A DNA stretch of 53,604 nt from a virus. Taxonomy: Duplodnaviria; Caudoviricetes. A program made the position numbers and the translations under genes. Shown here in pieces: positions 37,688-47,412 of this stretch. Under the pieces are notes generated by a model, which saw nothing but the letters and a program-made list of their open reading frames with translations, did not search any database and was not told the DNA's origin. The DNA is taken from IMG/VR virus record IMGVR_UViG_3300017782_004909, positions 1 through 53,604 of that record; one strand, 5' to 3'. Each line of letters begins with the position of its first letter. Position 1 is the stretch's first letter.

Positions 37688-39373
37688 TTAACGTAATGCG
37701 AATTCTGTTTTATCTATTCTGTTGTGAATATAATTTAAATTTCTTTGTGTACCATGATGTGGGAAAAAAGCCATATCAAAAGCACCTTTAATTGTGCCAT
37801 AACCCTCTAAAAATAATGGATTATCTATTTGTGGTGAATATGGTAAAACTTTGTATACGTCGGGATTATCTTCGATATAATCAAAGTATTGAGGATTTGT
37901 GAAAACATACAAAGAATAATTTTTATATAATTTTTTAAAATTTTCAATAAGACTATTTACCCACAAAACATCATTCATACCACCTGGAATTACAATAGCT
38001 ATAGATTTCTCTGTGTCAACTATATCAGCTAAATTAATAGTTTGTCCATCCTCTGGAGTAATTTCTACGGAATCAAAATCTATTGAAGGCATTTCATCAA
38101 TAATCTCTTCTACCTTTTTACCTACAACCTCAACTGAATAATTGTCAATGGTAAATTGTCTAGCTTTTTCGCCCATGGCTTTTCTTTTTTCTGGTTTCAT
38201 TTGCCATACTTTTTTTAGTTGTTTAGCTATGCTAGATGCGTAAGTAGATGCTTTAATAAACTGTGTCCCTGGTTCTCTGTATTCTGCCCACTCTAATGGT
38301 AAGCCACCACTCTCTACGGTGCAAGAATCTTCGCCACAAGAATAGTTTGTGACCAATGTAACAAGCTCTGTTAACTTAGCTTCAAAGATAGGTATTTCCA
38401 TACCGCCACTAGTAAATGGGTGACAATAAACATCCATTAAATTATATATGTGATTTAATTGGTATTCATTAACACCGTGTTGTATATTACTAGTGCTCAT
38501 GCTTTCTTTGACACCACAGGAAGGACAATTTTGTTTTTCGCCAGCAAAATTAGCAACTAAAAAGTGTCCACAAGAAGAACAATAATATGTTGTTAGGATA
38601 TCTGAATTATTAATGTCTTTTTCTTTTAACAATCTAGCGATATCCCAACCCTCTGACCAAGATGTATGAAGCAACAGTTTTGCTTTAGGGCAGTCTTTTT
38701 TGAATAGTTTAAAACCATCTAAAATATTTGGAACGCTCTTACGTAATTGATTTCTAAAAACAAAACCCACAATGTAAGTATCCTCTAAACCAAAAGCTTT
38801 TTTAAGATTGGCTCTCTGATTATCTGGTAATCTGTAAAAATCACTAGTTTCAATGGAACCGTGTAAAGTTTTAACATGGTCGTGTCCAGCTTTTGCCATA
38901 TCTCTTTCTGCAAAAGAAGCCCATGTATAAAAGTTTTTAGTTTTAGGCGCCGCTTCTAAAGCTAGTGGTAAAATCGGTTGACTGTCTAGTGTTGTCCAAA
39001 TCATGTGATTGATTTTATTCCACCAGAATCTATCCCAAAAACCATTGAAAGCCCAAATGTCTTCAACGCCCATATACACATCTGGCTTATATGTTTTGAT
39101 TGCTTCATCAATCATTTCTCCACCATAACCAGCGGCACGAGCTCTTTCTGGGTTTTGGTTTAGCTCTTGTACAAGTGCAGGATTGTTGGGTAAAGACCCT
39201 TGGCAGGTCCAAGGTTTCATCTTTAAATTTGGGTCTCCCCAAGTAGAGCCGTTACAAAATTCTATAATCTTGTATTTGCCAGTTTTTTGTAGGTACTTTA
39301 AAATATTTTTACAGTGTTTACCAAACCCAGTAAAAGCTTTAGAGTTATTAGAGTGATAGAGTATAGTTTTCAT
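37688..39373 (-). CDS. GT-B glycosyltransferase (GT4-like) with zinc ribbon and GT9-like C-terminal extension
   Basis: TGFG, RNQLRKSVP, YNLMDVYCHPFTSGGMEIPIFEA; CSSC...CPSC insert; GGMNDVLW. Confidence 0.8.
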   Translation of the reverse strand: MKTILYHSNNSKAFTGFGKHCKNILKYLQKTGKYKIIEFCNGSTWGDPNLKMKPWTCQGSLPNNPALVQELNQNPERARAAGYGGEMIDEAIKTYKPDVYMGVEDIWAFNGFWDRFWWNKINHMIWTTLDSQPILPLALEAAPKTKNFYTWASFAERDMAKAGHDHVKTLHGSIETSDFYRLPDNQRANLKKAFGLEDTYIVGFVFRNQLRKSVPNILDGFKLFKKDCPKAKLLLHTSWSEGWDIARLLKEKDINNSDILTTYYCSSCGHFLVANFAGEKQNCPSCGVKESMSTSNIQHGVNEYQLNHIYNLMDVYCHPFTSGGMEIPIFEAKLTELVTLVTNYSCGEDSCTVESGGLPLEWAEYREPGTQFIKASTYASSIAKQLKKVWQMKPEKRKAMGEKARQFTIDNYSVEVVGKKVEEIIDEMPSIDFDSVEITPEDGQTINLADIVDTEKSIAIVIPGGMNDVLWVNSLIENFKKLYKNYSLYVFTNPQYFDYIEDNPDVYKVLPYSPQIDNPLFLEGYGTIKGAFDMAFFPHHGTQRNLNYIHNRIDKTEFALR

Positions 39374-39845
39374 TGACTATTGTTTTAAGTTGATCGAATG
39401 ATAATTCATCTTTGTTTAGAAAAAATTCACAAGAAAAAAGTAATCTAGGTTTATCAAAATTAATTACCGTATGAGGAACTTGTGGATTAAATAAATATAT
39501 TTGATTAAGTTCATAATCTAACTGTTGTATATCTGCTTGATGAGAATCTTCTTGAAAAATGTTTTCAGAGAACAATGTAACTGAGGGGGAGTCGCTAATT
39601 AAAGCGTTAATTGAAACACCTCTACGTCCGTCTGTATGCCACTTATATGTTTTAAATGGCTCAAGGTTTAAAAGCCCAGCACGAAATGGATGCTTTTCGT
39701 ATAACCATTTTAAAAATGGATTACTTTCTAATACTTTCTCTATATCTAAAACATCAATAGAGAATCCAAAATACTCCATCTCTGCTTGTTTAGTAGCAGA
39801 GGATAAATCTAGTTTATCGGTTTCTACTTTGCAATATGGGGTCAT
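39348..39845 (-). CDS. Cupin / 2OG-Fe(II) oxygenase-like protein
   Basis: WHTD ... PHTVIN ... R facial-triad pattern. Confidence 0.6.
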   Translation of the reverse strand: MTPYCKVETDKLDLSSATKQAEMEYFGFSIDVLDIEKVLESNPFLKWLYEKHPFRAGLLNLEPFKTYKWHTDGRRGVSINALISDSPSVTLFSENIFQEDSHQADIQQLDYELNQIYLFNPQVPHTVINFDKPRLLFSCEFFLNKDELSFDQLKTIVNENYTLSL

Positions 39846-40306
39846 TTATTGTAGCTAAAAAATGTATTTAAATAAAACTCTAGTAATGATTTTAAAACCC
39901 TAGCTTCACCTAATTCTATGCCTATGCCGAATTTAAGTGCGGAGTTTTTAATCACTCCAAGTGACCAAGCTTGTACTCCATTATTTTTTGTGTACGGTTT
40001 TAAGGAGAGGCTGGTTTTATCATCGTTGTAAGTATGATAAGCTGTCCATTCTGTATATTTCTCAATAGAGTGTAATATAGCTCCAGCTTCATTTTCATTA
40101 ATTTTACAGTAAATATTTTTTTCTGGGTCTTTGGCGTTAGCGCTAAAAGATCCAGTTTTTTTATTAGAGTCCCAACTTGCTTGTTTAATAGCCTGCATCA
40201 GAAAGGTTGGTTTAGATGGGTTGCCCTCCTTATCTTTAGTGATAACTTTAAAAGAAAAAGCACAACCAGTGTTTTTGGTGTTTGGTTTGTAAAGATTATA
40301 TTGCAT
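39842..40306 (-). CDS. Probable ssDNA-binding protein (Whirly/PC4-like)
   Basis: Two repeats of beta strands plus helix (KINENEAGAIL, IELGEARVL); LYKPN..GCAFSF start. Confidence 0.45.
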   Translation of the reverse strand: MQYNLYKPNTKNTGCAFSFKVITKDKEGNPSKPTFLMQAIKQASWDSNKKTGSFSANAKDPEKNIYCKINENEAGAILHSIEKYTEWTAYHTYNDDKTSLSLKPYTKNNGVQAWSLGVIKNSALKFGIGIELGEARVLKSLLEFYLNTFFSYNK

Positions 40307-40329
40307 ATGGAACTATTATATAGTAAAAA

Positions 40330-40335
40330 GTGTAA
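40330..40335 (+). promoter_or_regulatory. GTGTAA motif (putative phage late promoter)
   Basis: Lies in the 58-bp divergent gap, 29 nt before the lone plus-strand gene. Confidence 0.45.
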
Positions 40336-40364
40336 AATTCTATATATAATTTATAATATTTTAA

Positions 40365-41021
40365 ATGCCTTATTTAACTCATAATTTACCCACGTTTACT
40401 TGTTTAATTAGAAACGAGTATCTTTACAATCATAAAAAAGGATATGGAGATTATACCATGTGTGACGTGCATTCTGTTACATCAATGGAAAAGAGAGTGC
40501 CTTTGTTTGAATGTTACCTAGATAATGGAGTTAACTGGACAAGACGACCGATTACAGCTTTGTGCTGGAAAGAGTGTGAGCCAGTTCCTTTAGAAGAAGC
40601 TATGTATTGGGATTGTTTTTCTCCATATGTAGATGTAGGTATCAGATCTAGATTAAAAGGTTTAAGAGCTATACTTATAACTCCATCAAATAAACGAGAA
40701 TGGGGCGAGTATATGTTTACAATAGACTGGGGTTGGGAGAACAAAGCTATATTAGATACTAATTTTTCAGAGCATCCAGAACATAAATGTGCGCATATGT
40801 TTAAAATGCAAAACGGTAATTTTTATGCTTACCCAAATAATAGAATTGTGTGGCATGATGATGCATGGGTCGAAGAACCACTAAAGAAAAATCCTGGGTA
40901 CGAAATAGATCAAAACTTTTATAGCGTAGAAAATAAACGTATAAAATACACAGATAACTCTTTTATGACAGAGTTTAAAGATTTGGATTATACTGAGAAC
41001 GAGTCAAAAAATGAGCCGTAA
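40365..41021 (+). CDS. Conserved-looking phage hypothetical protein
   Basis: 218-aa ORF rich in W/H/C; HPEHKCAH, GNFYAYPNNR. Confidence 0.7.
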   Translation: MPYLTHNLPTFTCLIRNEYLYNHKKGYGDYTMCDVHSVTSMEKRVPLFECYLDNGVNWTRRPITALCWKECEPVPLEEAMYWDCFSPYVDVGIRSRLKGLRAILITPSNKREWGEYMFTIDWGWENKAILDTNFSEHPEHKCAHMFKMQNGNFYAYPNNRIVWHDDAWVEEPLKKNPGYEIDQNFYSVENKRIKYTDNSFMTEFKDLDYTENESKNEP

Positions 41022-41752
41022 GAATCAGTTAAATCTTCCACAGAAGTTATTTCTTCATCTTTGCGCAATAAACCAAAGTATTTTGATTCATCACTACACC
41101 ATTTTCTACCTGTCCAAAACTCGAATCCTGGAAATGAGCTTTTGTATTTTGCATAATTTTCGTAACTGGGCCCAAGATATAAATATTTTAAACCTAAGTC
41201 TTTAGCTAGTTTTATTTCTCTATATGTAGAAAACCTACCTAAACCTAAGACTTTATCTTCGTAGCCCCAACAAAATTGATAAGCCAATAAGCTTTGTCCA
41301 ACTTTTTCTACCACACTAAAAGCTACATCTCCGTAAATTAAAAAAATATTATTACCTTTTTCGTAAACATTTATAAATTCTTTTTGAGAAAGCACTGAAG
41401 AAAAGTTTTTGTAACCAACATAGTTTCTATAAATTTTATAAAGTTTTACAAAATTTGGGTCTGTTGTTACCTCTATTTCAAGATTGGCTTTTGCTATTTT
41501 TTTCCAGGCTTTTTTTTCGTTTTTTGTTTCTGTATACTTGCTTAAGTCTAACCTAGATTGGCGACTTTGATACCAGATAATTTTGTTGTCTTTCATAAAG
41601 TTGGTGTCTTGGTTATACCATATGCTTGAGGGACACCATCCATTATTCAAAGCCTCTTGCTCCTCATCTCTTTCTACCGTAGCACTAACTAAAGTGTGTA
41701 TAAAGTCGGTGTCAGCTTGTTTGCCGCAGATGTGGTCAAAAAATAATTTCAT
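40988..41752 (-). CDS. Aminoacyl-tRNA--protein transferase (ATE1/Bpt-like)
   Basis: ALNNGW, WYQSRQSR, LYKIYRNY, LGLGRFSTYREIKLAKDLGLKYLYLG, KYKSSF..FEFW: C-terminal ATE domain pattern. Confidence 0.75.
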   Translation of the reverse strand: MKLFFDHICGKQADTDFIHTLVSATVERDEEQEALNNGWCPSSIWYNQDTNFMKDNKIIWYQSRQSRLDLSKYTETKNEKKAWKKIAKANLEIEVTTDPNFVKLYKIYRNYVGYKNFSSVLSQKEFINVYEKGNNIFLIYGDVAFSVVEKVGQSLLAYQFCWGYEDKVLGLGRFSTYREIKLAKDLGLKYLYLGPSYENYAKYKSSFPGFEFWTGRKWCSDESKYFGLLRKDEEITSVEDLTDSYGSFFDSFSV

Positions 41753-42852
41753 TATCCAAATTGGTAAAACACATCATCAGAAAACATTAAATAACCTGGC
41801 ATTTCAGATTCTATATAAGGTCTTAATTGCTGATACTTAATAAACAAATCTAGTAAGTTGTCTTGGTCTTGCACCAAAAAAGCTTTATATATATAGTCGC
41901 AAATTAATTTATAGAACTGCAACTTAAACGCTAGACTTTTATAATTTAAAAATAAATCATAGGGGACTTTTTTATTAAATTTTGAATACTCTTGGTACTT
42001 ATTAAAGAACTGTTCTTGCAAGATTGGGAATTCATGAAAATTATAATTGATACAGAAAAACGCTAAATCCCACATAGGGTTTAAGTTATAAGAATTTGTA
42101 AAATTAATAAATCTATAATTACCAGACCTATATAAAATATTTTTTAGATTTAAATTTAAATGACACAATGTAGTTTCATTCTCTGGAAAATCAGAGTGCA
42201 TTATGTAATTTTCTTTAATGTTTTTTAGTGCTGATATTAAAGTCTGTATTTTTTTATCTCTTAAACATTTGTAATATAAATCTTTACCCATGATATATTC
42301 AAAATTACCGTACGCAAAAAAATCTTCTTCAAACTGTTTTCTTTGATTTTGTTTGTACTCAAAAGAATTATGGAAGTTAGATAGATATTTTGCAAATACA
42401 TCAAGCTGATCTGTGATTTTATCTATGCCTATATTTGATATAGGTATTCCGTGTTGATGTAATGTTAATAAGTAGCAGTAAAAATCACCTTCAGAGTAAC
42501 CAATAGGTTCAAAGGTAAAGTTTTTTTTAGCTACCCTTTTAAGTAATTTGTTTTCTTTTGATAAAAATAAAGCATCATCTTTGTTACCTACTTTAATCTC
42601 ATATATTGTTTGATTAAATTCAAACATATAACAGGTATAGGACATATTTCTTTCAACGATACTCGTATTTTTATTGAAATTAAAGTCTTTTAAGAAATCG
42701 CTTAAGAAAGCGTCCTTTTCCTTAATTTCATTTAAATTAAGGATGTCAGCCTCAGAAATAGTAAGTTGTGTAGCACCTTGAACTACTCTACCCTTTATAA
42801 ACTTAGAGTAATCTATTTTGTTGGTGAATTCTGAAGATTGATTTGCTTCCAT
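41752..42852 (-). CDS. APH/choline-kinase-fold protein, probably inactive
   Basis: YEIKVG, LCHLNLNLKNIL, FINF, PMWDLA; both canonical Asp positions are Asn. Confidence 0.65.
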   Translation of the reverse strand: MEANQSSEFTNKIDYSKFIKGRVVQGATQLTISEADILNLNEIKEKDAFLSDFLKDFNFNKNTSIVERNMSYTCYMFEFNQTIYEIKVGNKDDALFLSKENKLLKRVAKKNFTFEPIGYSEGDFYCYLLTLHQHGIPISNIGIDKITDQLDVFAKYLSNFHNSFEYKQNQRKQFEEDFFAYGNFEYIMGKDLYYKCLRDKKIQTLISALKNIKENYIMHSDFPENETTLCHLNLNLKNILYRSGNYRFINFTNSYNLNPMWDLAFFCINYNFHEFPILQEQFFNKYQEYSKFNKKVPYDLFLNYKSLAFKLQFYKLICDYIYKAFLVQDQDNLLDLFIKYQQLRPYIESEMPGYLMFSDDVFYQFG

Positions 42853-42854
42853 AA

Positions 42855-44228
42855 TTACATAAAACCTATTTTGCCTGGTAAAGGTATATTATTTTTATTT
42901 TTTACATTTTCTACTGTAGTGTTTAATTTTTGAGCAAATATCTCGTATATAGTACTTGTTTTAACAAATTTACCGTTATTTTCTATCTTTGTTTTAGCTC
43001 CAGCTTCGTCAATTATGTCAAAGGCTTTGTCTGGGAATTTTTGGTGAATTAAAAATTCTTCACCTAAATTAACGATAATTTCTAAAATCTTTGTCGTAAA
43101 CTTGACGTCGTGAAATTGTTCATAGGAGGTTTTAGCCTTCTTGATTAAACTTAAGGTTTGTTCCTTTGAAGGTTCGAAAACATCTATTTTCTCAAATCTT
43201 CTGTTTAGTGCAGAATCACCTTTAAAGTATTTTTCATATTCTTCTCTAGTTGTGGCGCCAATACATCTAAAATTACCCCTAGACAAGACTGGTTTTAAAC
43301 TATTCGCTAAGTCTAAGCTACCTTCTGAATTTCCAGATCCAACGATTGTGTGTATTTCATCAATAAACAAAATGTAATCTTCGTTGCTTGTGATTTCATC
43401 AATAATTTTTTTCACCTTTTCTTCCATTTGGCCTCTATACATTGTGCCAGATAACAAAGATGTCATGTCTAACGAAAGGATTTTTTTACCTTGTAAGAAT
43501 GAAGGGCATTTTTTTTGAATGATTTTTTCTACTATACCCTCTACAATAGCTGTTTTACCAACGCCTGCCTCACCAACTAAAATAATATTACTTTTATTTT
43601 TTCTTAATAATATTTCGTAAGCTCTCTTTGTTTCTTCTTCTCTGCCAAAAATTTCAAATGTACCTTTTTCTTGAATTGTGTTATTGATGTTTTCACAAAA
43701 ATCACTAATCGAAGTTTTTGTTTTGGCTTGAGGTTGAACAGTTGGAGCTGCTCCTGCTATTGGTGGTGGTAATTCATCTTCTATACCGTGAACTATTGTA
43801 TGCTCTAACAGAGTGCAAAATTCATCAACATTGCAATCAAGACCGATAAAAAATACTCTTATTTCTCTTCGCATTTTTAAGATAGAAAGTAGTATATGAT
43901 CTAATCCAATATAATCGTTTTTGTGTTTTTTTGATATTTTTTGAGCGTAATCAAGAATTTCAAATATTTCTGGAGAAAAGATTTTTTTCTTTCTTTTGGG
44001 TTCTGTGTATTCTTCTAAAACCATCTCTATAGCTTTTCTAAAACCTCCACGTAACCAACCGTAGGTTTCCATAGCAAAGTCTATGTTGGAATGATTCATT
44101 GTAAATAAAACATAAATCATGTGTATGTCGATCACTTTCAAGTGTCCATATTTTTCTGCACACTTTTGTGATTTGCTTAATAAGCTTTTAGCTGATGGCG
44201 TTAAGTTGTATTTTAAAAAATCGCTCAT
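42855..44228 (-). CDS. ClpA/ClpC-like ATPase, N-domain plus first AAA module only
   Basis: Two Clp-N repeats, GREEE, GEAGVGKT, LFIDEIHTIVG, IGATTREEY, ALNRRF, PDKAFDIIDEA; ends in KIGFM. Confidence 0.9.
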   Translation of the reverse strand: MSDFLKYNLTPSAKSLLSKSQKCAEKYGHLKVIDIHMIYVLFTMNHSNIDFAMETYGWLRGGFRKAIEMVLEEYTEPKRKKKIFSPEIFEILDYAQKISKKHKNDYIGLDHILLSILKMRREIRVFFIGLDCNVDEFCTLLEHTIVHGIEDELPPPIAGAAPTVQPQAKTKTSISDFCENINNTIQEKGTFEIFGREEETKRAYEILLRKNKSNIILVGEAGVGKTAIVEGIVEKIIQKKCPSFLQGKKILSLDMTSLLSGTMYRGQMEEKVKKIIDEITSNEDYILFIDEIHTIVGSGNSEGSLDLANSLKPVLSRGNFRCIGATTREEYEKYFKGDSALNRRFEKIDVFEPSKEQTLSLIKKAKTSYEQFHDVKFTTKILEIIVNLGEEFLIHQKFPDKAFDIIDEAGAKTKIENNGKFVKTSTIYEIFAQKLNTTVENVKNKNNIPLPGKIGFM

Positions 44229-46801
44229 TTAATTTCTGATAATCTAGTATAAATTTTTTCGTCTAATATAGTAAGTTTTTCACCAAAGATAATATCTTCA
44301 CCTTTAGTCCCGTAAATAAAGACTATTTGCCCCTCTTTAGGTTTCTTGCCACCTTCATTGAGGTAATTGTCTAAAGTAGCCGAACGTCTATTATTGGTCA
44401 TCATGAAATTAATCTTGCCATAATCATCTTGTATTTCAACTCTCATATATTTGTTTCCAGCTCTACTTGTTCTAGATACGCAATCTGTAACAACACCAAC
44501 ATACTTTACACGGTCATTTTGTTGAATTGATTTTAATTCTAAACTGTTTACTAAGTTTTGAGTATCTTGAAAAACTTTTTTGATTTCATTTGAGTGGCTG
44601 TAGCCTAAATACTTACGTTCAAAATACCAATTAGCAAACACAAGATGTTGTTTATTTTTGTCGTATATTTGTCTATATTTATCATAATCCCTCTTAAATG
44701 TGTTAAACCTAGACTCTTTAATCAATGGTCTACCATCATCTGCTGGATAGTTTTCTTTTTTAACGTAAGCGATAGAGTTAAGTATATCATAATTAAATCG
44801 CTCACCAAGGCTTGTAAAATTCCTTTTCTCTCTGTCTGTGAGTAAGTTAAAAGCTTGTGCTTCTAAAACCAATCTACAACGATTAGGTACGCCTTTTGAT
44901 ATATCACAGAAAGAATCCATCATGCCACCTTGTATCAAACCAGATAAAACACCAATATTAATACCAGATTGTTTGGCAGATAAAAACACATCATATTTGT
45001 TTTGTTCAAGTAACTCGCACTTTCTAAAGTCTACTACATTTTCTAGTGTTTTTTCAGATACTCCCTTAACACTATTTAAGCCATATCTAATATTATTACC
45101 CTCAATAGCAAACTCCACGTCAGATTTAGATAGATCTGGTGGCAATAATTTCATATCAAAGAGACAGAGTTCTTGACTGATCAAGGCTATTTCCGCATGA
45201 GAATCTGGCTCATGCTTTGTCATTTTAAGCAAGGACAGAAAAAACTCTTTTGAATGATTAAACTTTAGGTAAGTTGTAATAGCTGCTAGAGTAGCGTAGC
45301 TGATAGAGTGCGATTTATTGAATGAATAGTTAGCAGAATCCTCGGCCACCTTCCAAAGAACATCACCAACCTGTTTGGGTAAATTGTTATCCTCTATCTT
45401 TTCTTCGATCCTAGCTTTCCAAGCTGGCATTTGATCTACTTTTTTCTTGCCGACAATACGTCTGAGTTGCTCCGCTTCATCAAGGGTAAACCCAACCTTT
45501 ACGGCCATCTTCATTAACTGCTCTTGATATAGAGGAATACCTCCAGTATAACATAAGATATCATCAAAAAACTCGTGTACAGAACTGAACACGCTTGTTT
45601 TTACATAGCTGGCATAGGTATCTAGGTAATCCAGAGCACCAGGGCGAGCAATAGCGACAACAGCAGAAAGTTCTTCAAGATTTCTGGGAGCAATTTTCCT
45701 AGCTGCCTTAAAGTTTGTATCCGCTTCAATCTGGAAGAGACCCTTTGGTGCCTCAATGAATTTGAAGTTTTCATATATGTTATCTGACTCAACATCTATA
45801 GTTTCGATGTCCATGTTAAGTTGTTTAAGAGTATCGTAAACAACAGATAATGTTCTTAATCCCAAGATGTCGAATTTAACCATCAAAGATGCAACGTCAT
45901 TCATGTCGTACCCAGATACATAATTACCGTCATTGGTTTTCTGCATAGGCATAACTTCTTGTATATTGTAGAAGCTAATAGCAATCCCCGATGGGTGAAC
46001 GCCAGTGTTCTTGTTTAATCCTTCTAGTTTTCTGGCAATTTTAAATACTTTAGGGTTATCATCACAAAACTTTTTAAGTTTCTCGCTTTCATCATAAGCT
46101 TTTTCTAACTTAAATACCTTACCGAACTGTTTTGGAATGGAGGCGCTAATGTCATTTACTTCCTCTTCTGAGAACCCCCCTACGATCTTACCGCACTCCT
46201 TTACACACAATTTACTGCTTAGTGTGTTTAAAGTTAATATCTTACAAGTTTTGCCTTTATGCTTATCTTCGATATATTTGATCACCTCGACTCTTCTATC
46301 GTAACTGATATCATTGTCCACGTCGGCCAACAAAGAGCCGTCTAGGTACGTTATATCGTCAATAATGGTCTTTTTAGCTCTACTTTTGGATACAAATCGC
46401 TCGAAAAACAAATCATACTTGATTGGATCGATATTTGTAACTTTTAATAAAAAAAGTACCAACGAGCCAGCCGCAGAACCTCGGCCTGGCCCAGTTGGTA
46501 TATGATTCTCATGACAAAAATTTAAAATATCCCAGTTTAAGAGTATGTAATCAACAAATCCAAGCTCTTGTAAAACAGATAATTCCATTTTAACTCTATC
46601 GTAATATTCTTGTTTGTTATCTAGCTTATCTATACCTCTTTCCTTAACACCTTTTAAGCATAACTCACGAAGCAGGTCATAATTAGATGATGTGTTTGAA
46701 ATACCTAACTCATCATAAAATCTTTGCTCTACCTCAATCTCTGGTAGTCTAACACCAACTGGCATTGGCTGTTTAAATGATTCTAAATTTCTAATTCCCA
46801 T
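44225..46801 (-). CDS. dnaE: DNA polymerase III alpha subunit, catalytic part lacking the PHP domain
   Basis: GPGRGSAAGSLV, FERF, DVDND, GVHPSG, KFDILGL, YQEQ, YSFNKSHS, C-terminal OB fold. Confidence 0.93.
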   Translation of the reverse strand: MGIRNLESFKQPMPVGVRLPEIEVEQRFYDELGISNTSSNYDLLRELCLKGVKERGIDKLDNKQEYYDRVKMELSVLQELGFVDYILLNWDILNFCHENHIPTGPGRGSAAGSLVLFLLKVTNIDPIKYDLFFERFVSKSRAKKTIIDDITYLDGSLLADVDNDISYDRRVEVIKYIEDKHKGKTCKILTLNTLSSKLCVKECGKIVGGFSEEEVNDISASIPKQFGKVFKLEKAYDESEKLKKFCDDNPKVFKIARKLEGLNKNTGVHPSGIAISFYNIQEVMPMQKTNDGNYVSGYDMNDVASLMVKFDILGLRTLSVVYDTLKQLNMDIETIDVESDNIYENFKFIEAPKGLFQIEADTNFKAARKIAPRNLEELSAVVAIARPGALDYLDTYASYVKTSVFSSVHEFFDDILCYTGGIPLYQEQLMKMAVKVGFTLDEAEQLRRIVGKKKVDQMPAWKARIEEKIEDNNLPKQVGDVLWKVAEDSANYSFNKSHSISYATLAAITTYLKFNHSKEFFLSLLKMTKHEPDSHAEIALISQELCLFDMKLLPPDLSKSDVEFAIEGNNIRYGLNSVKGVSEKTLENVVDFRKCELLEQNKYDVFLSAKQSGINIGVLSGLIQGGMMDSFCDISKGVPNRCRLVLEAQAFNLLTDREKRNFTSLGERFNYDILNSIAYVKKENYPADDGRPLIKESRFNTFKRDYDKYRQIYDKNKQHLVFANWYFERKYLGYSHSNEIKKVFQDTQNLVNSLELKSIQQNDRVKYVGVVTDCVSRTSRAGNKYMRVEIQDDYGKINFMMTNNRRSATLDNYLNEGGKKPKEGQIVFIYGTKGEDIIFGEKLTILDEKIYTRLSEIK

Positions 46802-47412
46802 ATTTGTTTTTGAAATATTTCGAAGTTCTTTTCAATATCGTATAACGCATCATGTAGCTTTGTTTCATCAAAGTCAATATTATAATGCTGTAATAAATGT
46901 TTCTGGTTTGTTTTCAAACCACGTTCTCTAAAGTGTAGGTATCTCATCTGCCAAGCAAGTAATTCACCACCTGGATTCTTATCTCCTTTTGCTATTGCTT
47001 TTGCTAAAATATTTGTATCTAAAAGTTCGCCAATAAAGTTTTCATAACTAATTCTTACGCCCATATTTCTAAGCCAAACACCTAATATGTAAATATCGTA
47101 ACCAAGAATATTGTGACCAAGAACAATGTTATTACTATACAAAGCTTTTTCGAAGTCTTTCCAAACAACCATTGGGTCTTCTGCGACAGATTCGTAATGA
47201 TCTCTATCAAATCCAGTAACTCGTGCGGCATCTGGAGAAACGTTTAAGTCTTTCCATTTGATAAAGCGATTATGTTTTTTTATGACCTTTTTGCCTTCGC
47301 ATTCAATCCAAGCTATCTGCCAAGGTTTAGAGGTGATTAAGTTTAATCCCTCTGTCTCGGTATCAAAAACTACGTAGCGCTGTTTAAAGTTGTATCTGAG
47401 TAATTCTTCCAT
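46783..47412 (-). CDS. DEDDh 3'-5' exonuclease (DnaQ-like)
   Basis: FDTETEGL, GHNILGYD, LDT, HDALYD. Confidence 0.88.
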   Translation of the reverse strand: MEELLRYNFKQRYVVFDTETEGLNLITSKPWQIAWIECEGKKVIKKHNRFIKWKDLNVSPDAARVTGFDRDHYESVAEDPMVVWKDFEKALYSNNIVLGHNILGYDIYILGVWLRNMGVRISYENFIGELLDTNILAKAIAKGDKNPGGELLAWQMRYLHFRERGLKTNQKHLLQHYNIDFDETKLHDALYDIEKNFEIFQKQIWELEI

